From: Candidatus Woesearchaeota archaeon
Lineage (GTDB): Archaea > Nanobdellota > Nanobdellia > Woesearchaeales > UBA11576
DNA: 64,000 nucleotides
Direction: 5' to 3'
Assembly (NCBI GenBank): GCA_018675335.1
Contig: JABGYH010000007.1
Span: forward strand, 468,986 to 532,985
A program made the position numbers and the translations under genes. Shown piece after piece: positions 16,431 to 28,200 of the stretch (the stretch's first letter is position 1; the number at the start of each line of letters is the position of its first letter). The notes under the pieces are model-generated. The model did no database searches. It was not told the origin of the DNA and saw only the letters and a list, made by a program, of their open reading frames with translations.

Positions 16431-17429
16431 ATGTTTCAACTTCCTTATGAAAAAATAGTCGAATTAATACAAGAAAAGTCTGAATTAAGCCAAGCTGAAG
16501 TAGAAATGAAGATCAAAGAAAAACTAGATCAATTATCTGGTTTGATTTCAAAAGAAGGCGCCGCACACATTGTAGCAAACCAATTAGGGGTCAGCATAAT
16601 GGATCAGAGTGGTGGTGCTATAAAACTTAAAAATGTTCTTTCTGGAATGAAAAATGTAGAAGCTGCAGGAAAAGTTTTAGGTGTTTATGACATAAGAGAT
16701 TTTGAACGAGAAGGAAAGCCGGGAAAAGTTGGATCGTTTTTGATTGGTGACGAAACTGGAGTTTTAAGAGTAACTTGTTGGCACGCTAAAACTGAAGTTA
16801 TGAAAGACCTTAGTGTTGGAGATATAGTTTCAATTAAAGGTGCGCAAGCTCGCCAAAATAATGGTAGAATAGAATTACATTCAAATGATCGTACTGAAAT
16901 TATAAAAAATCCTGAAGGAGTAGTTATTGATGTTCCAACAAATATGCCTTCTCAAGATGTAACTCGAAAACATATTTCTGAACTTACTGATAATCAATTC
17001 AATGTTGAATTACTAGCAACAATTGTTCAAGTTTTTAACCCGAATTTTTTTGAAGTATGTCCTAATTGTAAAAAGAGAGTTCGTGGCAGTGAAGATAGTT
17101 TTGTATGTAATGAACATGGACAAGTATCTCCTGATTTTTCATATGTTATGAACTGCGTTTTAGATGATGGAACTGAAACCATTCGAACAGTATTTTTTCG
17201 CGATCAATTATTAAAACTTGCGAGTAAAACACATGAAGAAATATTACAATACAAAGAAGTTCCAGATAAAATGGAAGAACTCAAAAATAATTTGCTCGGT
17301 CAATTAATTAAAGTTGATGGAAGAACAAAGAAAAACGATATGTTTGATCGTGTTGAGTTTACTGCGCGAACTGTTGATCCTAACCCAAATCCTGAAGAAG
17401 AACTAAAAAAGTATACTAAAGAGGATTAA
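16431..17429 (+). CDS. Replication protein A-like ssDNA-binding protein (OB folds plus Zn ribbon)
   Basis: GGGTGG SD at 16419-16424. OB-fold segments (GKVGSFLIGDETGVLRVTCW, IELHSNDRTEI) and a CPNCKKRV...CNEHG zinc motif, as in archaeal RPA/RFA. Confidence 0.7.
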   Translation: MFQLPYEKIVELIQEKSELSQAEVEMKIKEKLDQLSGLISKEGAAHIVANQLGVSIMDQSGGAIKLKNVLSGMKNVEAAGKVLGVYDIRDFEREGKPGKVGSFLIGDETGVLRVTCWHAKTEVMKDLSVGDIVSIKGAQARQNNGRIELHSNDRTEIIKNPEGVVIDVPTNMPSQDVTRKHISELTDNQFNVELLATIVQVFNPNFFEVCPNCKKRVRGSEDSFVCNEHGQVSPDFSYVMNCVLDDGTETIRTVFFRDQLLKLASKTHEEILQYKEVPDKMEELKNNLLGQLIKVDGRTKKNDMFDRVEFTARTVDPNPNPEEELKKYTKED

Positions 17430-17531
17430 TTTTTTAATAATTTTTTTCTTATTTATTTTTCTTAACTTGTCTAATATTAATCATTTTAAGCTAGAAATCT
17501 TTATTAACTTCTGTTTTTTAACTATTTTAAA

Positions 17532-18143
17532 ATGAAAACACGAAAAAGATCTGGTTCTATCATAATTTTAGCATTATTAGTATTTACTATGTTTTTTTTA
17601 GTTGGGTGCGCATGTGACGAAAAGGAAGTAAAATACTTTGAAAAAGTACCCATAATTGAAAATAAAGCAAATATTGTGGAATCAACTGAAACTATACAAG
17701 AAGAATACTTAGATAAAGAATGCATTTCAGTTCCAAATTACGAATTAGAATTAGGCGAGCTTACTTGGCTTAATGGAGAAAAAACCGGGGATAATCAAGC
17801 AAAAAGAACAGTTACTATAACTAATCCCAATCCAAAACTAGTCACATTTTATTTTGATAAAGTTTTTTTAGCTGGGGAAGAAGAGGTTTGGAGAAGTAGT
17901 CCATCATATGAACAAAAATTACCTGCAAAGGGATCTAGAAATGTTTATTTGATTTGGAATACGGAATACTCAAAAGATAAAGATATAGTTGTAGATTTAA
18001 TGAACAAAACATCAATTCCTGGAAAACAATCTTGTGAATTTGTGAAAAAAACTAAAGATGTTGAGATTTCTGTTAATACAACAGTTCCCTATACTGAAAC
18101 TCACTTCGAAACTGTAATTAAGACAAAAAAAGTTTGTACATAA
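17532..18143 (+). CDS. Putative lipoprotein (lipobox LVGC)
   Basis: N-terminus is KRSGSIIILALLVFTMFFLVGCACDE. No other motif recognised. Confidence 0.55.
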   Translation: MKTRKRSGSIIILALLVFTMFFLVGCACDEKEVKYFEKVPIIENKANIVESTETIQEEYLDKECISVPNYELELGELTWLNGEKTGDNQAKRTVTITNPNPKLVTFYFDKVFLAGEEEVWRSSPSYEQKLPAKGSRNVYLIWNTEYSKDKDIVVDLMNKTSIPGKQSCEFVKKTKDVEISVNTTVPYTETHFETVIKTKKVCT

Positions 18144-18413
18144 GTTTTAGTTGAGTTTTAAGAAAATTATTTAGATTAGTTCTTTTATTTATTTTTATTA
18201 AATTAAAATGAGGTTTAAAACAACTATGCGGAGTATTTCAATTTTTTGTGAAATTTTTAGATCGAAAACGTTTCTGCATGTGCTCAAAAATTAATTTGAT
18301 TTTTGGCATCCTAAAAATCTTGGATTTTTATGAAATCAATGATATTTCGTTAAATAAAATGAACAAAAAGTTTCAAGTTATTCTCCAAGGCATAGTTTGT
18401 ATATTTATCTAAA

Positions 18414-18872
18414 ATGATGTTTAAAACACATATGTTGTTTAGTTATTTAATATGTTTAATTAGTTTAAGTATTCTTAATCCCAAAAATGTTTTTGGATTT
18501 ATGATCTTATTTTTAGTCGCTGGTGCGTTTCCTGATATTGATCATCCGAAAAGTAAAATCGGAAAAAAAGTGAAAATCATTGCTTTTTTGTTTGAGCATC
18601 GAGGTTTTTTTCATTCTTTAATTGCTGCAATATTATTTTCAATTGGCGCATATTATTTATTTGGTGGAACAGAATATTCTTGGGCCATATTTTTGGGATA
18701 TAGTTCGCATTTAATTTTAGATTTATTATCTCATCAAGGAATTATGCCAATTCATCCATTTTCAAAATTTAGACTTTCAGGCGTATTTAAAACAGGAGGA
18801 TTTTTTGAATGGATATTATTTGTTAGTTTAATATTTTTTGATATATATTTTTCGATTAAGTATTTTTTCTGA
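18414..18872 (+). CDS. Membrane-bound metal-dependent hydrolase, YdjM/DUF457 family
   Basis: FPDIDHPKSKIG, HRGFFHS and GYSSHLILDLLSH motifs, with several TM helices. Confidence 0.7.
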   Translation: MMFKTHMLFSYLICLISLSILNPKNVFGFMILFLVAGAFPDIDHPKSKIGKKVKIIAFLFEHRGFFHSLIAAILFSIGAYYLFGGTEYSWAIFLGYSSHLILDLLSHQGIMPIHPFSKFRLSGVFKTGGFFEWILFVSLIFFDIYFSIKYFF

Positions 18873-19000
18873 TTTTGATTTGTATTTTGTAGTTTTTTAA
18901 AAATTGATTTTTACTGAACTTTTTAGTTTCATAGTTGTTCAACTTCACAATTGTATAAACCGTAAACTTTAAAAAGAATGAAATTATTCTTTATATAAAT

Positions 19001-19273
19001 ATGAATATAAAAGAAGAGAGACTTGCAAGAGGACTTAGTGCGAACTCTCGCAGACAGATTCTAAAACTTATTTCAGACCAAGAATTAACAGTAAAAGATA
19101 TTGCGCAACAAACAAACATGAGTGTATCATTAACTTCTAGACATTTAACATTACTTTATGATTTAGGTTTTTTAAATTTAAGAATAAAGCATCCAAACAA
19201 GTTCTATTCATTAAAAATTAAGGAATTAAAAGATTTATTGAAAGTTTATGATAAGGTAATTAAAAAACTATGA
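19001..19273 (+). CDS. ArsR/SmtB-type winged-helix transcriptional regulator
   Basis: SRRQILKLISDQELTVKDIAQQTNMSVSLTSRHLTLLYDLGFL is a typical ArsR HTH. Its stop TGA (19271-19273) overlaps ATG 19270 of the giant gene. Confidence 0.75.
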   Translation: MNIKEERLARGLSANSRRQILKLISDQELTVKDIAQQTNMSVSLTSRHLTLLYDLGFLNLRIKHPNKFYSLKIKELKDLLKVYDKVIKKL

Positions 19274-22200
19274 ACTCAATTAATTTGAAACAAATTAGTG
19301 AAAGCCAAAAATTGGCAATGGTTTTAATAGTTACATTACTTATTGGTATTGGTGGAATTCTTAGTATAAATTTAAATTCAACAAATGTGGGAGTTGCGTC
19401 TGAAAATAACAATAATTTGTTTTCAGATTCAATTAATAGTTTCTTTTCTAGTAAAATGGGATTAACTGGATATTCCGTAAAAGACTCAGGAATTTTAGAT
19501 GTTGGGGTTGATGATAGCAGCGAGAATGAAAATTTGTTAGAGGTTCAAGGAGAATGGACTGGTTGTCAATCAGGGCCTATATTAACTCCTGGAATTTTTA
19601 CATTAACTCAAGATGATACTACTACTGAAACTTGTTTCCTTATAAGTACTGATGATTTGTGGATAGATTGTCAAGGGCACACGTTTACTAATGATCTGGG
19701 AGATTCAGGTGTTTATGTAAGTAATAGCAGGGATAATATTTCAGTTTTTAACTGTACTTTTATTAATTTTAGTTCTGGTGTAGATATTCATGGAGCGAGT
19801 ATTGGCTCAAATATTTCTTATGTAAACATTTATAATTCAGTATATGGAATTAAATTAGGATCAACTTCGGGAGGAGTTACAAATAGTTATTTTATTAATA
19901 ATCAAATCATAAATACAACTCAAGAAGCAATTAAATTTGATTCATTTGAAACAAATACTGGAAATTATTTTATTAATAATTATTTACAAAATTTTTCAAA
20001 AGGCTTTTTAATTGTTTCTGAGGATTCTGCAATAAATTATTTTTATAATAATCAATTAATTAATGGAACTATATTTGGATTTCAATTTGGTCAAAATACT
20101 ACTTCCATATTGATAAATAATACAATATCAAATGTTTTACAACGAAGTTTAGAACTTAATAGTGATGCTGAAGTAGAATCAATTGATACTACCCTAATAA
20201 ATGCAGGGTTATATGCAATAGATGATACAACAGATCCTGGCAATTATAGTTCACTGATTTATAATAATTCATTTGGTTTAATTAATTGGACAAAAGAAGA
20301 TCTTACAATTGGCGCGTTTGATTTAGAAGTTGGTTCAACAATATTTTTAGAAGAGAATAATATTGGTTTGGCAGACTTACCGGGGCTATCATCTCTTGAT
20401 TCTTTTGCACAAATAGAAATTAAGGGAGTTGATTTTACTGGGGATCCACAACTGGTTAAATTAGGAACTAATTGTAGCAGTCCAAATTGTAATGTAACGT
20501 CTTCTCTATCTGGACAATATGTCAAAGCAGATGTTAATGGTTTTAGTAATTACTCAATATATCAAGAAGAAACAACTCAAGAATATTTTACTTTTCAGAT
20601 TAATACCAGTCATATTGCTGGAACTAATTTTTCATTTCAGGCCGACGATGCGAATTTAACAGTTTGGTGGAATGAAACAAACTACACAAATTACGTTGAT
20701 TATGATGGACTAATGTGGCATAATTATTCTACTGAGGGAATTTACAATATTTCAGTAAATGGAACTGCATCAAGAATATCATTTTATGAAGGAACTGAAG
20801 ATGCACTAATAGACATACTAACAAATGTATCAAATGGGGTTAGTGGAATTACTAGTGCTTATAGAATGTTTATGGATGCAGATAATTTTGGAATAACTCC
20901 ATTAACTGAACCTAATTTCTTTGATGAGCTTTCTGAAAATATAACTACGTTGCAAAGCATATTTTCTTCATCGAGTTTTAATCAAGATGTTAGTAATTGG
21001 AATGTTTCTAATGTAATTACTATGTCTGAATCGTTTTCAAATTCGCCTTTTAACCAAAATATCGATAATTGGGATGTATCTAATGTTAAAGATATGAGTT
21101 TAATGTTTAATTATGCTCAAGATTTTAATCAAAATCTTAGCAACTGGAATGTTTCAAATGTTTTAGATATGCGCAACATGTTTTCAGGAGCATTTGATTT
21201 TAATGGAAATATAACTGATTGGGATGTTTCTAATGTAATTAATATGAATTCAATGTTTAATAATGCATTAAATTTTAATCAAAACATAAGTTCGTGGAAT
21301 GTTTCTAATGTTACTAACATGGGATATATGTTTAGAAGTACTTATGATTTTAATCAAGATATTGGTTCTTGGGACGTCTCGAATGTTGAGCAAATGGATT
21401 TTATGTTTAATATTGTTTCTGATTTTAATCAGGATATTAGTGCTTGGAATGTTTCTAAAGTTACTAATATGAACTCTATGTTTAGACAATCAGAAAGTTT
21501 TAATCAAAACTTAAGTTCTTGGGATGTTTCAAATGTTCAAAATATGCGTAATATGTTTTATAATTCTGTTTTTGATCAGGATATAAGTTCTTGGAATGTT
21601 TCTAATGCGGTTGATATGAGTTATATGTTTTATGATTCTATTTTTGATCAGAATATTAGTTCTTGGGATGTGTCGAATGTAACTGATATGACACACATGT
21701 TTCAAAATTCAGATTTTAATCAAAATATTAGTAGTTGGAATGTATCTAATTTGATTGATATGGGTTATATGTTTTGGAATTCTCAGTTTAATCAAAGTAT
21801 TGGTGAGTGGGATGTATCAAGTGTAACTAATATGAATAGTACATTTATTTATTCTCAGTTTGATCAGGATATAAGTTCTTGGAATGTTTCTAATGTGGTT
21901 GATATGAGTTACATGTTTTATGACTCTTTCTTTGATCAGGATATTGGTGCTTGGAATGTTTCTAGTGTGACAGATATGAGCGGCATGTTTGAAAGTTATC
22001 AATTATCTCGAGAAAATTATGATAGTTTGTTAAATGGTTGGGCTGAATTAACATTGACTGATTCAGTAATTTTTGGTGCAGGAAATTCACAATATTGTTT
22101 AGGTGAGACTGCTAGAAATTCAATATTAACAAATGAATCAGAATATAATTGGACAATTACTGATGGTGGAAAAAATTGTAGTGGTATAAGTTTTGATCCA

Positions 22201-25200
22201 ACCAATAAGTTTACTTTTCAAATTAATACCAGTCATATTGCTGGAACTAATTTTTCATTTCAGGCCGACGATGCGAATTTAACAGTTTGGTGGAATGAAA
22301 CAAACTACACAAATTACACAGATTATACTGGACTCATGTGGCACAATTATTCTGCAGATGGAATTTATAATATTTCAGTAAATGGAACTGCCTCAAGAAT
22401 ATCCTTCTTTGAAGGCGCCGAAGATGCACTAATTGATATTTTAACTAATATATCTTTAGGAGTTAGTGGAATTACAAATGCTGAAAATATGTTTCGTGAT
22501 ACAGTCAATTTTGGAATAACTCAATTAACCGAACCTAATTTTTTTGATGAAATTTCTGAAAATATAACTACTATGCAATATATGTTTTCGGGTTCTAAGT
22601 TTAATCAAGATATTAGTTCTTGGGATGTTTCAAATGTAACTAATATGTATGTCCTGTTTGGAAATTCTCCATTTAATCAAGATATCAGTAGTTGGAATGT
22701 TTCTAATGTTGGCACTATGGGCTATATGTTTTCAAATACTATTTTTAATCAAGATATTAGTTCTTGGGATGTTTCAAATGTGGTAGTTATGGCTAATATG
22801 TTTGCTAATTCTTTTTTTAATCAAGATATTAGTTCTTGGGATGTTTCAAATGTAACTAATATGTATGCTATGTTTGGAAATTCTCCATTCAATCAAGATA
22901 TTGGTAGTTGGAATGTTTCAAATGTTATTAATTTGCAGTACATGTTTCAAGATTCGCAATTATCTAGAGAAAATTATGATAGTTTGTTAAATGGCTGGGC
23001 TGAATTAACATTAACTGATTCCGTGAATTTTGAAGCAGGAAATTCTCAATATTGTTTAGGTGAGGAATCAAGAAATGATACGTTGATTGATACTTATAAT
23101 TGGGTTATTACAGATGGTGGAAAAAATTGTAGTGGGATCATAAATAATTTACCAATTATTAACGATTTGATATTAAATTCAACAAATAATTTAATTAATA
23201 ACACGAATCAGAATTTAACCTCATATTGGACTGTTAGTGATGATGACGAAGATAGTGTAAAAAATATTACTGATTGGAAAGTTAATGGAACTTCTTTATT
23301 TATTGCAAATATTCCTTTTGAAGGGGGAAGTAATTTTTCATTTACTAAAGATTATTCTCCAATTGAAAATGAAATAATTGTTAACGGTGCAGATTGGATT
23401 AGTACTGGTGGTTTTGATGGGCGTGGCGCGTATGATTTTACCCAAAATACTGATGTTGTTTCAATTATGAGTTCTGCAAATAATGATTTAACTGGAAAAT
23501 ATGGAATAACTTTTTCTGTTTGGATATATCCTACTTCTTCGAGTGCGTGGTCTAGAATTTTTTATCGTAAGTGGAGTACAGTTGATGAAGATCCTTGGTC
23601 TGCGTACTCAATGTATTTTGATGATGCTGGAAAAATAGGATTTGCATTAACGCTGGATGACAATAATGCTTATGGAACTACAACAAGTTCTGCAATTCCT
23701 TTAAATCAGTGGTTAAATATTGTTGGACGCTACAATGGAACAAATATTTCTATATATGTAAATGGGGTTTTAAACAATACTGCACAAGGAAATGGATCAT
23801 TAATTCCTTTAGGGGATCCAATAATTAATGGCAATATAGATATTGGTAAAAATACGTTTAAAACAACTCAAACTTTTTCAGGATTAATTGATGAATTTAT
23901 GATATTTAATAGATCTTTAAGTGATGAACAGATTTTTGTAATTTATGAAAACAAATCTAATATTTTAGTTTCAGAAGAAACTACAACTGGAGAAAACTGG
24001 TCATTTTGTGTTACTCCAAATGATGGTATTGGTGATGGAAATCAAGTTTGTTCAAATGAAGTAGAAATATTAGGGGGTGATTGTGATTATTATATTAATA
24101 GTTGTGGTAACTTAAATAATCCCGGAAATTATTGTTTGACTGAGAACTTAACGAGTTCTGAAACTTGTTTAACATTAAATAATAATTCAATTACTCTTGA
24201 TTGTCAAGGATATAATGTTACAGGAGATAATTCTGTTGATAATTCTCAAGGAATAACTTCTCCAGAAGGTAATTTTGAAAATGGAACTATACAAAATTGT
24301 GAAATTTCAGGATTTGAACAAGGTATTTATTTAAATAATTTTAATAATGTTTTAATTTTTAACAATACTGTTTTTAATAATTATTTTGGTCAATCAGGTG
24401 CGGGTATTTACCTATCAGGAGGGGTTAATGTTAGTCTTAGTGATAATAATATATATGATAATTATGAATATGGTATTTCTTTAAACCAAGTTAGCAATTC
24501 TTCAATTTTTAATAATTTAATTTATAATATTAGTGATGGTGCCTCTTGGGTTTCAAAAGGAATATATTCTGATGCTTCATTTAATTTAACTTTTTTTAAT
24601 AATTTTATTAACTCAAGTTCTGATGGATTTTATGGTTCTGGAAATTATATTAATTTTTCAAACAATCAAATTTGGAATATGAATACGACTGGTGCGAAGT
24701 TAAATAATATTAATAACTCTATTTTGGAATATAATATTATGACTAATATGCGACCTGCTTCAACTTCAATTAGGATATCAAATCCAATAAATTTAAGTTT
24801 TAGATTTAATAATTTAACTAACGTATCTAGACTTCTCTCAATTGGTGAGACTTTAGAAAATCAAATTTTACTTGAATCAAATAATTTTAATTCTTATTAT
24901 CTTTATACTTATAATATTAATTTAGGAAGTGTTTCGATTTTAGCAGATAATAATTATTGGAATGGATCTACTTGCGAACAAATAATGTCCATGGTTGATC
25001 ACGATGATGATTCAAAATTTTTCTTAACTAATGTGTTAAATGATAGTTGGCCTCAAGGAATACCTGAAGATTGTGGGGAGTTATATTGTGGTCAATTCGT
25101 AAATGAGTCAAAAAATTTAACTGAAAATAGACAATGTGAACATGAATGGATAAAAATTGTTGAAGATAATATAACTATTGATGGTTTGAATAATTTAATT

Positions 25201-28200
25201 AACTATAGTCGAGGAACGAGAACATCAAATGGAATTACTGCTTTGAATGTTGTTAACATTACAGTTCAAAACTGTTCATTGTTGCGTCCTGATGGTTATC
25301 AACAAGATCAACCAGCAATTTATTTTGAAAATGTTTCTCAATCAGAAATTTTTAATAATTCATTTAATATTTTAGGTTATGAACATTATTCATATCCTGT
25401 TTATTTATACGAATCTCAATTAATTGACGTTTATGATAATTATATGAATACTGAATGTTATTATTGTTATGGGGTTTTCACAAAAAATTCTGATCAAATA
25501 ACAATTCATAATAATACTGTTAATACTAGCATGTTAGATGCGCATGGATTTAAATCAGAATATTCAACTAATATTGATTATTTTTTAAATAATATTACTG
25601 CTAATGCTTATTTATCTGAAGGCTTTAGAATAGAAGATTCAGAAAATGTTTCAATAATAAATAATTTTTTTAATGCAACCAGTTATTCTAGCAATCCTGT
25701 AAATGCTCAAAGCACTATTAATTTAACTATTGAAAGCAATGAGTTTTTGACGCCGGGATCTGGAGGATTATCAATATCTGGAACGCAATATTCTCATTTT
25801 GATCATAATATTGCAAATAATAATACTATTGATGGTTTTTCTATTTGGGTAAATAAATCAGTACAAAATCATCAATTGAATAATGAATTATTAAATGATT
25901 TTGGGCAAGTAATTTGTTTGAACTGCGAAAATGTAAGTTATTATAATACTACTTTTGGAATTGATGGCCTTGGACTCTTTGGTGGAACCAATATAAGTTT
26001 AATTAATTCCTCTTTTAGTACAAGTACTTCTGGAAGTATTTTGGATTATACTTTAGCTAATTTTAATTTTTTAAATTCATCAATAAATGGTGCGGGACCT
26101 ACTAATTATGGTTTGGTAATTAATTCTATAAATGCAACAATTCAAAATAGTTTAATTAATACAGCTGGATCGGGAGTTGATTCAATTCAAGTAAATTCAG
26201 AGGGTTTTGTAATTAATAATAGTGAAATTTTTTCAGGACCTTTAGCTTTAAGACTTAATAATGCAGATTTTTCTTTTGTAGATAATATTAATACTACTAC
26301 TGTTTCTGGTCAAGGAATAGTTCTTGAATGGTCTGATTTTGTAATTATTAAGAATTCAAATATTAATTCAACTAGTTATTCTTTACGTAATTATTATTCA
26401 GATAATAATCTTTTTGAAAATTTAGATCTATATTCTGAGAGTAATTGTGGATTGTTTCTTTATGCAGGTGACGCGGAAAACTTAACATTAAAAGATTCAA
26501 TCATTAAACATAATTCAGCCAATTCTGTTTGCAGTCAAGATAATAATATTATGGCCAGATTATTAAATACATCATTTAATCATTCAAAAAACTTTTCTTT
26601 TTCTAATAGTGATGGAGCAATATTTGTTGATTGGTATGTTCAATTTAATGTAACAAATATTACTGAAGAACAATTAGATTTAGCAGAAATACAAATTTTG
26701 AATGTTACTGGTGATTTGATTGAATCAGTTAATACTAATTCTAGCGGTCTTACAGAAATGTTAACTATTAGAGAATTTAATCAAACATCTTCAAATAAAA
26801 CTATGATGACTCCTCATGATGTTACTATTGATTTAGCAGGATTTGAACAAGAAAATTTTATGTTAAATTTATCCGAAACTGAAAGTACATTACAAAACAT
26901 AACTTTAATTCCTACTGGATATTATCAAGAAGTTAGTGAATGTGGAGTTTTAGATACTGAAGATATGTATTATAAATTAGTTGCAGATTTAGAATCAAAT
27001 GAAACTTGTATAACTATTGCTGCAGAAGGAATAACTCTTGATTGTCAAGAACATTCAATAAATTATTCTATAAATGAAAGTTTTGGTTATGGGATAAATA
27101 ATTCAGGATACACTGAAGTAAATATTAATAATTGCACTGTTAAAACGAGTAGTGGTTGGGGTGCAGGACCTGCGATATATTTTAATGGAAGTCAAGGTGG
27201 AATTCATAACAGTAATATTACTATGCCTGAAGATAATTCTGCAATTTATGTAGATTATCCAACTGTTAGTGTGAATATATCAAATAATTATATTTCTGCT
27301 GTGGGTGCTTCAGGGGAAGGAATTACCTTTGCAGGTTTTAATAGTTATATTGAAAATAATTTTATTGAGGTGGATGTTGTCGATGCAATACGTATAGTAC
27401 AATATGGATTTGCCAATAAAATATTTAATAATACAATTTATTCTGAACTCGCAACACAAATTGGAATTAATATTGTTGATTCATATAATCAAGGAAATCC
27501 AAATGGATTAAATAATAATATTTCTTCTAATAAATTAACAAACTCTCAAATTTGGATTCAAAATTCAAATAATAATTTTTTAGAGGATAATAAAATTAAT
27601 TCTACTGAATATAATAGTATTGGGCTAATTAACTCTTTTAATTTAAGTATTGATTCTTCCAATCTAGTTGAAGGATTTTCAGTTTATTATAATGAATCAA
27701 TTGAAAATGAGATATTGTTAGAAAACGAAATTGTAAATGAAACATATGGTCAAATAATTTGTAATAATTGTTCAAATATAACTTATAACAATGTTACTTT
27801 TGGTAGTGATGGTATTACCTTTTTTAATTCTGCAAATATTTCAATTAATAATTCCCGCGGAATTTCTGGTGTGGGGTCATTAGTTTGGGCATATAATTCT
27901 AAAGATATAAATATAACTTTTAGTGTATTTAATTCATCTCAAGAAGAGGAAGATGGAATGTCTTTATTTTCTCTTAATTTATATCAATCAAATAATTCTA
28001 ATATTTATGGTAATACTTTTATTGCTGACAAAACAGATACGTTTAGTCTATATTATTCATCAGTAAACGATGTTTTTGTTTCTAATAATTTGTTCGATTT
28101 GAATTCTTATAGGAGTAGAGGAATCAGTTGTGGTAGTTGCACTGGAGAACTTAGTTTTAATTATAACAATTTTTCTATTGGCGGAAATTATTCGCAAGCG

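Noticed and set aside
18205-18434. A near-repeat of about 24 nt (aaaatgaggtttaaaacaactatg vs aaaatgatgtttaaaacacatatg) suggesting a duplicated 5' gene end or pseudogene upstream of the YdjM-like gene
   Set aside because: The similarity does not extend beyond about 24 AT-rich nt, and the upstream copy opens only a 28-codon frame. This is too little to call a pseudogene.
21268-22002. Minus-strand ORFs (73 and 61 aa, plus others at 20259-20525, 22017-22205 and 35127-35435) inside the giant gene
   Set aside because: They lie antisense to a 20.7-kb uninterrupted ORF. Their periodic sequences (NIRNIPRTNILIK...) are simply the reverse-frame image of the BspA repeats. They have no SD or promoter context.
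20960-22950. Regularly spaced 72-75-nt repeats as a CRISPR-like array
   Set aside because: They are in-frame coding repeats. The inter-repeat parts are themselves conserved, there are no unique spacers, and no cas genes are present.
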